Shown here: one piece after another, positions 49,517 through 59,911 of the stretch | How positions within the stretch are numbered: position 1 is the first letter of the stretch | How the letters are laid out: every line of letters starts with the position of its first letter | DNA from: Podarcis filfolensis | Taxonomy: Eukaryota | DNA: 64,000 nt | NCBI GenBank assembly: GCA_964270895.1 | Contig: OZ185442.1 | Reading direction: 5' to 3' (one strand) | Program-made: the position numbers and the translations under genes | Notes under the pieces: model-generated | Database searches by the model: none | What the model was told of the DNA's origin: nothing | What the model saw: the letters and a program-made list of their open reading frames with translations, nothing else

Positions 49517-51094
49517 TCAATACTTAGTGCAGTCATAGGAATAAGGGGTGGTGGTGTGGCGGTATATGGAGGGCGCAGCTCTATAGGGGATCTGACAGGT
49601 GGAGTTGGTGCTCACCTGTTGCTCGCTCAGCGCTGTCGAGGTCTCTAGCCCCAGCCGGTGAGTGTTGAACATTTCCCGCACGTTGGAGAAGTTCTGCTGT
49701 TGCGCCCCGAAGGCGTGGCTGGGCAGGTGATGGTTGATCTCCGACGTGTGGTTCAGGTACCAGGAGGCGGCGGCGGCCGTGGCTTGGCCGCCGGCTTGGT
49801 GGTGAGGGAGAGCGTGGTGGTGATGATGGTGATGGTGGTGGTGGTGGCTGGGGGTGAGGGTCCCTTCCTGCTGCTGCCCCCCGCCCGAGGCCAGATTCAT
49901 GGAGGCGAGGGGCGAAGAGGCGCCGTTGCTTTGCTGCTGCTCCGAGATGGAGGCGGCGGCTTCCTCCAAGGTGGTGGGCACACACAGGTGAGCGTTCCTC
50001 TCGCCCGTGTAGAGGCTCATGGCGCGCATGCTGCATTGGTAGCTGCCCCCGGCCTCCCCCAAGCCCCCCTGGCTACAGGCCTGGCTGTAGATGGACGGGG
50101 CTTGCGCCTGGGCGTACCCGAGGGGCAAGGAGGACACCATCCCGGCCGTCCTGTTGACGGGGCTGAGCTCGCCCGGCGGCGAAGTCCGTAGAGTCATGAT
50201 GTTCTCCACGCTGAACCCCGACAGCCCGTTGGTGCCGGCGCCCGGGTGGTGGGGATCACCCGGCAGCGAGCTCTCGGTGGACACCGACGGCGTGGACGCC
50301 ACGCTACGCGGGCTGTCCTGCAGGGCGCTGCCGCTCTCCGGGCTGAGGGTCTCTACCTTGGTGATGATGGGCAGGTCCGGCGAGGAAGCCTCGCTCTTGA
50401 TGACGATCTTCTTCTCAGACGGGGCGGCCGAGGAAGAAGGCGGCGGCGGGGCAGAGGCGGACAAGGAGGCGTTGCCGCCGGCGTTGTTGGACTGCGGCGT
50501 GTCCTTGGAGACGTCGGCGGCCTTCAGGGGCTCCTTGAGGTGCCTTTCCCGGAGCGTGTCGTCCTTCTCCTTGGAGACGTCTTTCTTCTTGAAGCGCCGG
50601 CGGCGTCGGAGGAAGCTGCCGTTCTCGAACATATTGTAAGAATCCGGATCGAGGGTCCAGTAGCTCCCTTTGCCCGGCTTCTTGTCGTCGCGAGGCACCT
50701 TCACGAAGCACTCGTTGAGCGAGAGGTTGTGCCGAATGGAGTTTTGCCAGCCCTGCTTGTTTTCCCGGTAGAAAGGGAAGCGGTCCATGATGAACTGGTA
50801 GATGCCGTTCAAGGTGATCTTCTTATCCGGCGCGTTCTGGATCGCCATGGTGATCAGGGCGATGTAGCTGTAGGGCGGCTTCACCAAGTCTTTGGGCGCC
50901 GTGGGCTGGTGAGGGTGGTAAGGCCCGTACGAGCGCCCCATACCGGCCGCGTACTGGTCGGGGTGCCCCGGGTAGACCCCCATGGAGCCCGCCATGCTGC
51001 CGTAAGTCCCAGCCGTCCGGTAATAGTTCTGCTCGCTCAGATAAGGGACCACTCCCAAGGCGTTGGGGTCCGAGACGGAGTAGCGGGCCTGCAT
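49517..51094 (-). CDS. FOXC2: Forkhead box protein C2, single coding exon, 525 aa
   Basis: [25 protein letters not shown] start (gccATG) and C-term YSYDCTKY distinguish FOXC2 from FOXC1; canonical forkhead domain; eh1 FSVENIM. The ORF-track start at 51145 is a TTG extension. Confidence 0.97.
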   Translation of the reverse strand: MQARYSVSDPNALGVVPYLSEQNYYRTAGTYGSMAGSMGVYPGHPDQYAAGMGRSYGPYHPHQPTAPKDLVKPPYSYIALITMAIQNAPDKKITLNGIYQFIMDRFPFYRENKQGWQNSIRHNLSLNECFVKVPRDDKKPGKGSYWTLDPDSYNMFENGSFLRRRRRFKKKDVSKEKDDTLRERHLKEPLKAADVSKDTPQSNNAGGNASLSASAPPPPSSSAAPSEKKIVIKSEASSPDLPIITKVETLSPESGSALQDSPRSVASTPSVSTESSLPGDPHHPGAGTNGLSGFSVENIMTLRTSPPGELSPVNRTAGMVSSLPLGYAQAQAPSIYSQACSQGGLGEAGGSYQCSMRAMSLYTGERNAHLCVPTTLEEAAASISEQQQSNGASSPLASMNLASGGGQQQEGTLTPSHHHHHHHHHHHALPHHQAGGQATAAAASWYLNHTSEINHHLPSHAFGAQQQNFSNVREMFNTHRLGLETSTALSEQQVSTNSTCQIPYRAAPSIYRHTTTPYSYDCTKY

Positions 51095-54000
51095 GGCGTC
51101 GGTTATTTCAAAAAAAATTCCCCTCCCTCCAAAAAGCGACAACAAAGTCAGATCTAGTAGAGGGAGGGCAAAGAAGAAAGGGGGAAATGTGCCCCCCTAT
51201 GGCCTAGTCGCGTTGTTCTCGGGAGGCCAAATCGCTGCCCCCCGCCCGCCCCCTCCAATCTCCTCCGCTGAGCGAGGCCTCCTCCTCCTCCTCCTCAGAG
51301 CCAAAACATTCTCCGAAGCTGCTTTGCAAAATGGTCGAAACTCTCAAGCTCTTGCGCGGCGATCTGTCGCTGGGATCTCCTCCCGCATGGTAGAAAAGCG
51401 ACGACGATGCTCTGGGAAGGAGGAGCAGCGCAATCAATGCACCGGCGTACCAAGTTTTTTTTCTTTCTTTCTGAAAAGCAAAAGCAAAAAAGCAAAAACA
51501 AAAAAGCGCGACGACAGGCCAAGCGGACGGATGGAGAGGCAGATTTTCGCAAAGGAGGGAGGGGAATGACAGCAATAATCTTGTAAGAAGAAAGGGGTGA
51601 AGGGAGGCTATCGCTCAGGGCTCTCGCTTGCTCCGCTGTCTCTTCCCGCAAAGGCTGGCGACCCGCCGGCTCCGTTTATCCCGGGTGAAAGCGGAGCGCG
51701 TGTAAACAAAAACAAGCCGTCGGAATCCAAATAAACGGTTCCTGTGCCGGCGACGCGCGCGCCACTCTGGAGCACAGCGCGATGGGAGCCTCCGGGAAGC
51801 CCCGCGCCAGGCGAACTCCCCATCGAGGGCTGGAGAAAAGTTTCCAAAACTTCCCTTGCGGAAGGCCCGTTTTTACTCCTCGCTGGCCACGCCTCCGCCC
51901 TGCGCTCTCCGCCAATGGCGGCCCGGCTCGGGCTCGGGAGGGCCAATGGGAGAGTCAGAGGAGAGCGCCGTAAGGACGCGGCGGGGCTCCGGGAAGCGCG
52001 GCGAAGTTCGGGGTGGCTTCTGGCGTCCGCCTTCGCGGGTGGAACTGGGGCGATTCTGGAGCGCGAGGAGTAGGGTGGGTGCCGGGTGGGAGAGGTGCGA
52101 TCGGTGGGATCCGAGGTCTGATTCGGTTTAAAGCCGAATCAGAAGCCGTTGCGCAAAGGCATCCGCGTTCTTAATTTAATTCCATCTGTTTTAAAGATTG
52201 GAGCCACCATCTCCGAAAAGGCTACTGTTCTAAAATATTTTCCCGCACTGGCAAATCTCCTATATGAAGCAAATTTTCCTTTTCAGGGTCGTTTGACTTT
52301 TTTTAAAAAATGAAATCTCTCCTCATCCGACACCAACGATAACAATGCCTGAGCGCCAGTCTAGGCTCCTTTCTTAAATTTTAAAGGGCGCTTAAGACAG
52401 CGCAGGGGATTTGTTCGCTCCCCTGCACCCGATGCGCCAAATCGATTTGCACTGCAAAGGAAAAAGCAAAGTTTTTTTTTTAAAAAAATAGAATTACTTG
52501 ACACCTCCGTCCTAACCTCATTTAACACCTCGGTCCTAAATACCTGAGATTAAGTTCCAAGGAAAGTGCTTCCCCCGCTCTCTCTTTTTTCTTTTCTTTT
52601 TCTTTTTACCACCGAGGGTCTTGCTTCGAATGAAATTGTGTAGATTTCAGTTGAGATTTCTCGCGCGTCGAGAGTGCTTAACGACTTCACAGCTAATGTG
52701 CATCAATTTAGATATTCAGTTTCTTTAAAAAGGTGGCTTGAAAGGGATTTTGTTAGACTGCCGACGCCCCCTCCCCGCCGCCCAATTCGACCCTCTAATT
52801 ATTCCATTAGAGGCAATTAGGCTTGGTTAACTAGGGACGCGAGCCCGCAACCTAGGTGTGATCCCCCCCAATTTCCCGGGTCGGGACGCTCCGCTGTGCA
52901 AAGCAATTGCAAACGGGGTGGAGAGGAGAGGAAAACAATTATATTTTATTCCTTCACTTCCAATTCCATTATTATTCTTATTATTATTAAAAATCTGACA
53001 GTCAATTTCGATGTTTAAACCATATCCAAACTCCTTTAGGCTTGCTTCCTTCCTCCCCACTCCGGTTTAAATGTGCTTTTTCCACAAAGTTTCAGCTGCG
53101 ATTTTTAAAATGAATGATATGACTCCGGGGACGGGTGAAGTGCTCACCGGAATGTTTTACGGTGCAATTCCTAGGCGGGTATTTTTTTAATCCCACTACG
53201 ATGGAGGGGGGCTTTATTCCTAGGTAAGTGTGAGGCTAGAAAGTGAGGCAGAACATTTCCAAACTGATAAAAGACCTGTAAGTGTCGACGGCTCCTTTTG
53301 CCGCCCCAAGCTTCTATCTGACTTGATGTGACTGATTTCAATCCATTGATTTTCTGTGCTTCTAAAATAATAATGATGGCAAGCCTCTAGGATCTTGGGA
53401 GAAACATTCCAAGGTATTGATAGCTAGTACAGGATCTTTTGCAAACTAGAAAGATCTGAGGCAGAGGAGCATTTTACTGTTAGGAGGCCCATTTGGGAAT
53501 TTATTTATTTGAAAAGGAGAGAGGCTCAAAATACCGACCATATTAAACAACAAAAAATACAAGAAAAAATATCCCTATCATTTGAAGTATTTCTAGAGAT
53601 TCTGAATCTGTATTCTTTTTTTAGAGGGAGGGGGATATAAATACTCTCTTTTTTTGGAACACACTGGTCTTGTAGCCAGCTGTTTTGTGAAAGGATGACT
53701 TGAGGTGGAGGGAATAGTACCATATATCAGTATTTGTTGTCGTGAGATTTCATGGTCCTGAGATTTCATGGAAGCCCTTCAAATAAGAACACCCAAAACA
53801 CGCCTGGTAAGAAGAAAAGAAATAAAATTGCTAAGGAAATTTGAAATTAAGACATGATGTTTCAAATATTCTTGAAACGCCCTCTTCCAAATTTTGTTCT
53901 GTTTAATCCATCACACTGTTACAATTAAATCCAGTTTCCCAATTTCCCTCGGAATGTAACTGAATATGTGAAAAGCATGTCACGGATTTGACAGGCAATG

Positions 54001-54814
54001 CAGACAAACTGGATACACAGTAACGGGAAATCTCAACCTTCTTATTTCTGAAAAACAGACGCGCTAGCCAGTATTTTAAAAGAAATCGAAATGAAAAGAG
54101 ACGGGGAGATTTCCCATCTATTTTTGGAATGCTTGCTCCTGCTTTCCGTTCTTCTACCCTGTTTCTGAAGTTCCAAGACTATTTAACTGAGTTACCAAAG
54201 AAAAAAAGAAAAAAGAAAATTATTCATAGATTCCCACAAAAACAAGCAAACAAAAAGAGGGAAAGGGAAATAAATAAATCCCACGCACCTTTAAATAAAC
54301 TATCCAAACAGTGTTTTGTATCTCAGATTTACTCCTTCGGAAATTAAGATAATCGCCTTATCGTAAAATAGGAGTGATTGGAACGGGAGGGATAAGCTTT
54401 ACTGCTCCGATGCGTCTTTAAAATCCTCGAAGCAAGCTTCCCAGGTACACAGAACGCTTCTTCGGACTTATCTAATTTAAATAAATTTAAATAAATTCAA
54501 CGGATGTTGCATGGGTAGAGTGCCATTTACCTTTACATAGATCGCTTCCTTCATTCCCTCTTAAACTTTCCCATTGCTGCAGTCTTCGGGGATATGTTTG
54601 TCGGAAAAGACAACAGTTATAACGCCTGTTGCTTTGGAGCATCATCTAAAGGCATTCGCGCCAAGCTCACGAGCTGGAGTTTGCTGCCCTCCATAGTCTA
54701 AAAGAGTGAATTGAACGTTGCCCTGGAAAAACCTCCCGCCTGTGGAATGGAGACAGCGACACCTTGTGGGTCAATAACAGCAGCGCACACATTGTAGAAC
54801 GTATCTGCCTGTAC

Positions 54815-54983
54815 AGTCAAAACAAAACAAAAAATTCCTTCCAGTAGCACCTTAAAGACCAACTAAGCATGCACACGAAAGCTCATACCAAGAACTAACT
54901 TAGTTAGTCTTTAAGGTGCTACTGGAAGGAAAAAAAATTTTTTGTTTTGACTATGGCAGACCAACACGGCTACCTATCTGTAA
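54815..54983 (+). mobile_element. Penelope-like non-autonomous insertion with inverted pseudo-LTR arms
   Basis: About 53-bp inverted arms (54815-54867, 54899-54952); loop contains gcatgcacacgaaagctcatacc; direct repeat ctgcctgtacagt at 54805-54817 and 54984-54996. Confidence 0.72.
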
Positions 54984-55453
54984 CTGCCTGTACAGTAACA
55001 CCCATTGGACGGTATAGGACTTACTCATAAGAACCAACTCCTATGGGCCGAGGTCACTTCGCCCCCTCCCAAAAAAAATTTGAGGGGGCCAGCCCCTCAC
55101 CCCAATTGATGAGCATTCCCGTTCAAATGGTGTGTGCGCGCCCCCAATATTTTATTCAAGTTAGCACCCCTGGACCTAGTTCTGAGTAAGCATATATATG
55201 ATTGCGCTATGCATCTTTCCTTTCACCTATCACTCGCTCTCTGTTCCTAGAAAATGTAACTTGAAAAAAGCGACATTGCACATACTTTTGTTAAGAAAGA
55301 AAGAAAGAAACCATAGAGAGCAACATCTGAACTTTAAAGGCTGGAAGCGAGCATCATTCATCCTTGACAAATGTATTTCCAAGTAAACGTGCGTGAACGG
55401 GATCAAGCTATAAATTCAAAGTAAACAAATAATTACCCTAAAGTACCCAGTTT

Positions 55454-55881
55454 ATTTTTCCCAGTAGTGATGTATGGAAGTGAGAGCTGGACCATAAAGA
55501 AGGCTGATCCCCGAAGAATTGATGCTTTTGAATTATGGTGTTGGAGGAGACTCTTGAGAGTCCCATGGACTGCAAGAAGATCAAACCTATCCATTCTTAA
55601 GGAAATCAGCCCTGAGTGCTCACTGGAAGGACAGATCGTGAAGCTGAGGCTCCAATACTTTGGCCACCTCATGAGAAGAGAAGACTCCCTGGAAAAGACC
55701 CTGATGTTGGGAAAGATGGAGGGCACAAGGAGAAGGGGACGACAGAGGACGAGATGGTTGGACAGTGTTCTCGAAGCTACGAACATGAGTTTGACCAGAC
55801 TGCGGAGGCAGTGGAAGACAGGAGTGCCTGGCGTGCTCTGGTCCATGGGGTCACGAAGAGTCGGACCCGACAAAACGACTG

Positions 55882-55921
<40 letters not shown>
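55454..55921 (+). mobile_element. BovB (RTE clade) LINE, 5'-truncated 3' end
   Basis: Encodes MYGSESWTIKKA...IDAFELWCWRRLLRVPWTARRSNLSILKEISPECSLEG...LQYFGHLMRR...RRRGRQRTRWLD; (CAA)n tail 55884-55921; 9-bp TSD acccagttt (55445-55453, 55922-55930). Confidence 0.9.
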
Positions 55922-55922
<1 letters not shown>

Positions 55923-56162
55923 CCCAGTTTTTTGAAAATTCTATAGGGGTAACCATAATTAGTCTGTTGGAAAGAACATTAGTGAGTAATAAAGGAAGGG
56001 GTTTTTTGCTTTGGCTTCAGGAGCATTGTTTTCACCTCTATGCACTTTTTAATCGACTAAAATCTATTTAACTGCAAATTTCTCATCCTTTATTGACTGC
56101 AGTACCTAGATGCCATTGCTGGACCTTTTAAAGTGTCTTTCATTTTCTCCGGGCGGTAGTAA

Positions 56163-56223
56163 ATGAAACATCCAGACTCTGCAGCTTGCAACGCAGCCTT
56201 TGCGCTTGCCGAACTGCGCGCAG
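56163..56223 (+). CDS. MTHFSD: MTHFSD candidate first coding exon 1a (MKHPDSAACNAAFALAELRA-G)
   Basis: Strong donor CAG|GTAAGC at 56223/4; 61 nt, phase 1, in frame with exon 2; ELRAG resembles mammalian MEPRAG as recalled; ATG context weak. Confidence 0.5.
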
Positions 56224-56394
56224 GTAAGCGTGCAGCGGTCGCCGGAGGAGCTGCGGACTACGGTGCCTTCTTCCTCGCTCAGTCCTGTCCCTTCTGGGCT
56301 GCCGTAGTCCGTGTCAGCACGTGGAGCGAACGGCAGCTGGAGGAGGAGCGACAATGTAACTGGCTGGGCTGACTCGGCCAGCTCCGGGGCAGGC

Positions 56395-56425
56395 ATGGAG
56401 GTCGCGCAGCAAATGGGCAGCCCCG
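56395..56425 (+). CDS. MTHFSD: MTHFSD candidate first coding exon 1b (MEVAQQMGSP-G)
   Basis: Strong Kozak ggcATGG; donor CCG|GTAATG; 31 nt, phase 1, in frame with exon 2. Confidence 0.5.
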
Positions 56426-57319
56426 GTAATGAAGGGGACGCTGGTCTTTACGAAGTGGGGCAAGGACCTTCCTGGCAAAGCGCATGCTTTGCACGCAGAA
56501 TGCCAATCCTTGGCACCTCCGATGTGCAAAAGGTGGCCGATTTGGGCATCAGCTGCTGAGGCAGCCCCGAAACAGAATCCAAGTCGTGCCGGTTAAGGAG
56601 CATTCTGATCCCTTGTTCCTATGTGGCAAGTGGGGTGCATGGGGCAGAACTGGAGCTCTGGTAGTTGGTTCTGCCAGAACCGGCCCACCTATGAGGCCAA
56701 GGGAGCATAGCTGTCAACCCCCCCCCCCCTTTTTAAGGGAAATTCCCTTATTCCGAATAGGATTCCTCGCAAGAAAAGGGAAAAGTTGACAGCTATTCAA
56801 GGGAGGCAACTGCCTCAGGCGGCAGGATCCACAGGGGTGGCAAATACCAATGTCGATCTTTCTCTCCCCCCTGCCCCCCATTCTTGATAATAGCTCTTCA
56901 CTCACTCCTTCTTCCCTGGCGGGGGTGGGGGGCGGGCACCAGTTTGCCGTCCGCCTTGGGTGCCAAAATGTCTTGGGCCAGTCCTGAGTTCTACTATGAA
57001 GGGAGGTGAGCCAGGAAACTAGGCCCTGAGGTTCAGGGATGCATTCAGTCCCTCCACCTCAATATCTGGCTGTCCAACATGCTGCCTTATTCTGTAAACA
57101 CCTGGCTCACTAGCCAACTAGCTCCCGCTTTGTTTGCCTCCTACTTGGGAAACTAAGCCAGGAAGAAGGCTTGCTCTTACCTCTGCTCTAGGTGCAGGTG
57201 GTCTACTCGTGCTAAACTGGGGGTTGGGGCACTTGTGTGCCTTTTCAATCACAAATAAATCAACCACAGAGGTGCTGAGGGAAGGGAGGAAGCTGGGTGC
57301 AGGTTTCTGTGCAATCTGC

Positions 57320-57475
57320 ATAGGAACACATCAAACTGCCTTATACCGGATCAGACCATTGGTCTGTCTAGCTCTGTACTGTCTACACTGACTGGCAGCA
57401 GCTCTCCAGGGAACATTCCCAACCCTACCTGGGGCCTTCTGCATGCAAAGCAGATGCTCTTCCCACTGAGCCCAT
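57320..57475 (-). mobile_element. Squam3-like SINE in MTHFSD intron 1
   Basis: taggaacac...gccttatacc...cagaccattggtc...tgtctacactgactggcagc. Confidence 0.7.
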
Positions 57476-57691
57476 TCCCCACCATCTAGACTGATATAGA
57501 TTCTGAAGGGGCCTTGGAAACTGTTAAAAAAAAAAGAATACTTCTAATTTATTAAATATATAAAGAATAAATAAATACTTGATTAAGGCTGCAATCCAAA
57601 CCCCACTTTCTCGGAACTGAGCCCCAGGGAATTCAAGAGGACTTGCTTCTAAGTAGAAATGGTTGTTCTTGCACTATAAGGTATACCTAGA

Positions 57692-58046
57692 GTAAAGGTA
57701 AAGGGACCCCTGACCATTAGGTCCAGTTATGACTGACTCTGGGGTTGCAGCGCTTATCTCGCTTTATTGGCTGAGGGAGCTGGCTTACAGCTTCCGGGTC
57801 ATGTGGCCAGCATGACTAAGCCGCTTCTGGCGAACCAGAGCAGTGCACGGAAACGCCGTTTACCTTCCCACCGGAGCGGTACCTATTTATCTACTTGCAC
57901 TTTGACGTGCTTTCGAACTGCAAGGTTAGCAGGAGCAGGGACCGAGCAATGGGAGCTCACCCTGTTGCGGGGATTCGAACTGCCCACCTTCTGATCGGCA
58001 ACTCCTAGGCTCTGTGGTTTAACCCACAGCGCCACCCGTGTCCCTC
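57692..58046 (-). mobile_element. Sauria SINE, full length
   Basis: Complete head-to-tail copy; 9-bp TSD atacctaga (57683-57691, 58047-58055). Confidence 0.92.
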
Positions 58047-58184
58047 ATACCTAGACCTGTTGAAATCAGTGGACTTCTCAAGGGTCTGCTCTGAATATGT
58101 CTAGCATTGGATTTTGTCCAGGCTTATGTGGAAAATGCCAGTGTGAATCCATCCTGACTCTTACGTTCTCTTCTTTATTGCAAG

Positions 58185-58288
58185 GAGTTTCCAAGTGGGA
58201 CATCCGCCATAAAATTTGGGACTACATGGAAGCAAATAACTTGGCTGATTTCCCAAGACCTGTCCATCACCGGATTCCCAATTTCAAG
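58185..58288 (+). CDS. MTHFSD: MTHFSD exon 2 ([35 protein letters not shown])
   Basis: Polypyrimidine tract + AG at 58183-84, GT donor at 58289; [15 protein letters not shown] is the recognisable MTHFSD N-terminal motif. Confidence 0.92.
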
Positions 58289-58720
58289 GTATGATAGCAT
58301 GGCCTCCAGGTGAAAATTAAAACACACAACATCTATTGGAACACATTCCTGCTTATTCCTACAGAGGAAGGCTGTCAATGGTTGGGACAGGTTTTGACGA
58401 AATACTGACAGTGAGTTTATTGAGTAAGAAGGCATCCGGTATCACCTGCAAATTTCATTTGGCTTCTGCATGCGGCCCTTGAGGCCTTTTGGGGTGGCCC
58501 TTTGCAACATTTGATGCCCCTCCCACAGCTCTTGTGATGCCTTCCCAAAGCCAGGTAAGTGAGGCAGTAGGCTTTGGGAGGCCTGAGGGCTCTGACAGGG
58601 TCCTAGAGTCCTCCCTCCTGCTTCCCAAAGCCTATTTAGTGCTTTTTCCAGCTTTGGGAAGAAGGTGGAAAGTCTCCAGGACCCTGCCAGACCCATGCAT
58701 CTCCTTCCCAAAGCCTAGAC

Positions 58721-59041
58721 CAGGGGTCAGCAACCTTTTTCAGCCGTTGGCTGGTCCACCGTCCCTCAGACCTTGTGGTCGGCCAGACTAAATTTGGGAA
58801 AAAAGTATGAACAAATTCCTATGCCCCACAAATAACCCAGAGATGCATTTTAAATAAAAGCACACATTCTACTCATGTAAAAACACCAGGCAGGCCCCAC
58901 AAATAACCGAGAGATGCATTTTAAATAAAAGGACACATTCCACTCATGTAAAAACAAGCTGATTCGCAGACTGTCTGCGGACCAGATTTAGAAGGCGATT
59001 GGGCCGCATCCGGCTCCCGGACCTTAGGTTGCCTACCCCTG
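58721..59041. mobile_element. hAT (Charlie-like) MITE in MTHFSD intron 2
   Basis: TIRs caggggtcagcaacc / ggttgcctacccctg; TSD gcctagac / gcctagag; internal tandem duplication of about 65-70 bp. Confidence 0.85.
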
Positions 59042-59566
59042 GCCTAGAGGCTTTCTTATTCAGCTTTGGGAAGGCAGTGTGAGGATTGTGGGGTCATCAA
59101 ATTTTGGCCTTGCTCCCCCCACCCTACTGTGTGACAAGGCAGTGTGCAGCCCGCGGGTTCTGTGTCAAAGTAATCTCGCGGTCCACTTGGGATGAGAAGT
59201 TGGACCGCCCTGTTCTAAGGGCTATAGCTCAGTGATCAGAACATCTACTTTCCATGCAGGAAGTCTCAGGTTCAGTCCCCAGCATGCAGGGCTGAAACCC
59301 TGGAGAGCCACTGTAGACCAGTCTTTTTCAACCTTGAGTCCACAGGTGTTGCACTACAACTCCCATCATCCCTGACCACTGGTCCAGCTAGCTAGGGAAG
59401 ATGGGAGTTGTAGTCCGACAACATCTGGGGACCCAAGGTTGCGAAAGGCTGCTGTCGACAATACGGATCTAGATCGACTGACTTGGTAGAAAGCAGCTTC
59501 TCATGATCCTAAGGGCTAAGCCTCTTCCACATGTCGTTTCTTACGAGAGATATCTTACCAAAACAG

Positions 59567-59680
59567 GATGCACCACGTGCTTCCGCAAGGCTTCCTGATT
59601 TGCAGGAGTTCCAAAGTGCCAGGACTGTTAAAGTCAACCCTGATGCCCCCCAGAAGAATGCCCGCTTTTTAGCTCTGGAA
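59567..59680 (+). CDS. MTHFSD: MTHFSD exon 3a (DAPRASARLPDLQEFQSARTVKVNPDAPQKNARFLALE)
   Basis: cag| acceptor, |gtgagt donor, 114 nt, phase 0-0, no stops; paralogous to exon 3b. Confidence 0.85.
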
Positions 59681-59718
59681 GTGAGTATGCTGCTTTCCCC
59701 ACTTTCTCCCTGGCGCAG

Positions 59719-59832
59719 GGATCTTTCAAGATGAGCAGCTCCGTCCAAGCATGGGATGTCTTTGATAAAGCCAGGGAGGTCAAGGTGGATCCTGACAAAC
59801 CCCTGGAGGGAATCCGGCTGGCTGCGCTGCAG
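59719..59832 (+). CDS. MTHFSD: MTHFSD exon 3b (GSFKMSSSVQAWDVFDKAREVKVDPDKPLEGIRLAALQ)
   Basis: Polypyrimidine + cag| acceptor, |gtaacc donor, 114 nt, phase 0-0; VKVDPDKPLEG matches the human-type sequence as recalled. Confidence 0.9.
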
Positions 59833-59911
59833 GTAACCAGACCTTCGCTCTGAGGGGCAATTTCGTAGGCTTATTTTTGTGTGAACACCCTCCTGTCTCC
59901 TCTTCTCCCAG

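Larger units (their letters stand above)
49250..52250. promoter_or_regulatory. FOXC2 CpG island and promoter
   Basis: Very CpG-dense; forkhead GTAAACA near 51702; two CCAAT boxes near 51912 and 51943; GC boxes. Confidence 0.8.
56140..56620 (+). promoter_or_regulatory. MTHFSD CpG-island promoter, divergent from FOXC2
   Basis: Compact CpG-rich block containing both candidate first exons. Confidence 0.7.

Noticed and set aside
51095-51145. 17-aa N-terminal extension of FOXC2 in the ORF track
   Set aside because: Starts at TTG; the conserved FOXC2 start MQARYS has a good Kozak context at 51094.
49581-51157. Long antisense and alternative-frame ORFs over FOXC2 (303, 182, 177, 151 aa)
   Set aside because: Shadow ORFs expected from GC-rich codon usage; no recognisable domain. 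A non-coding antisense RNA cannot be judged from sequence.
58097-58184. In-frame ATG extension upstream of MTHFSD exon 2
   Set aside because: Runs through a clear polypyrimidine tract and acceptor; most simply intronic.
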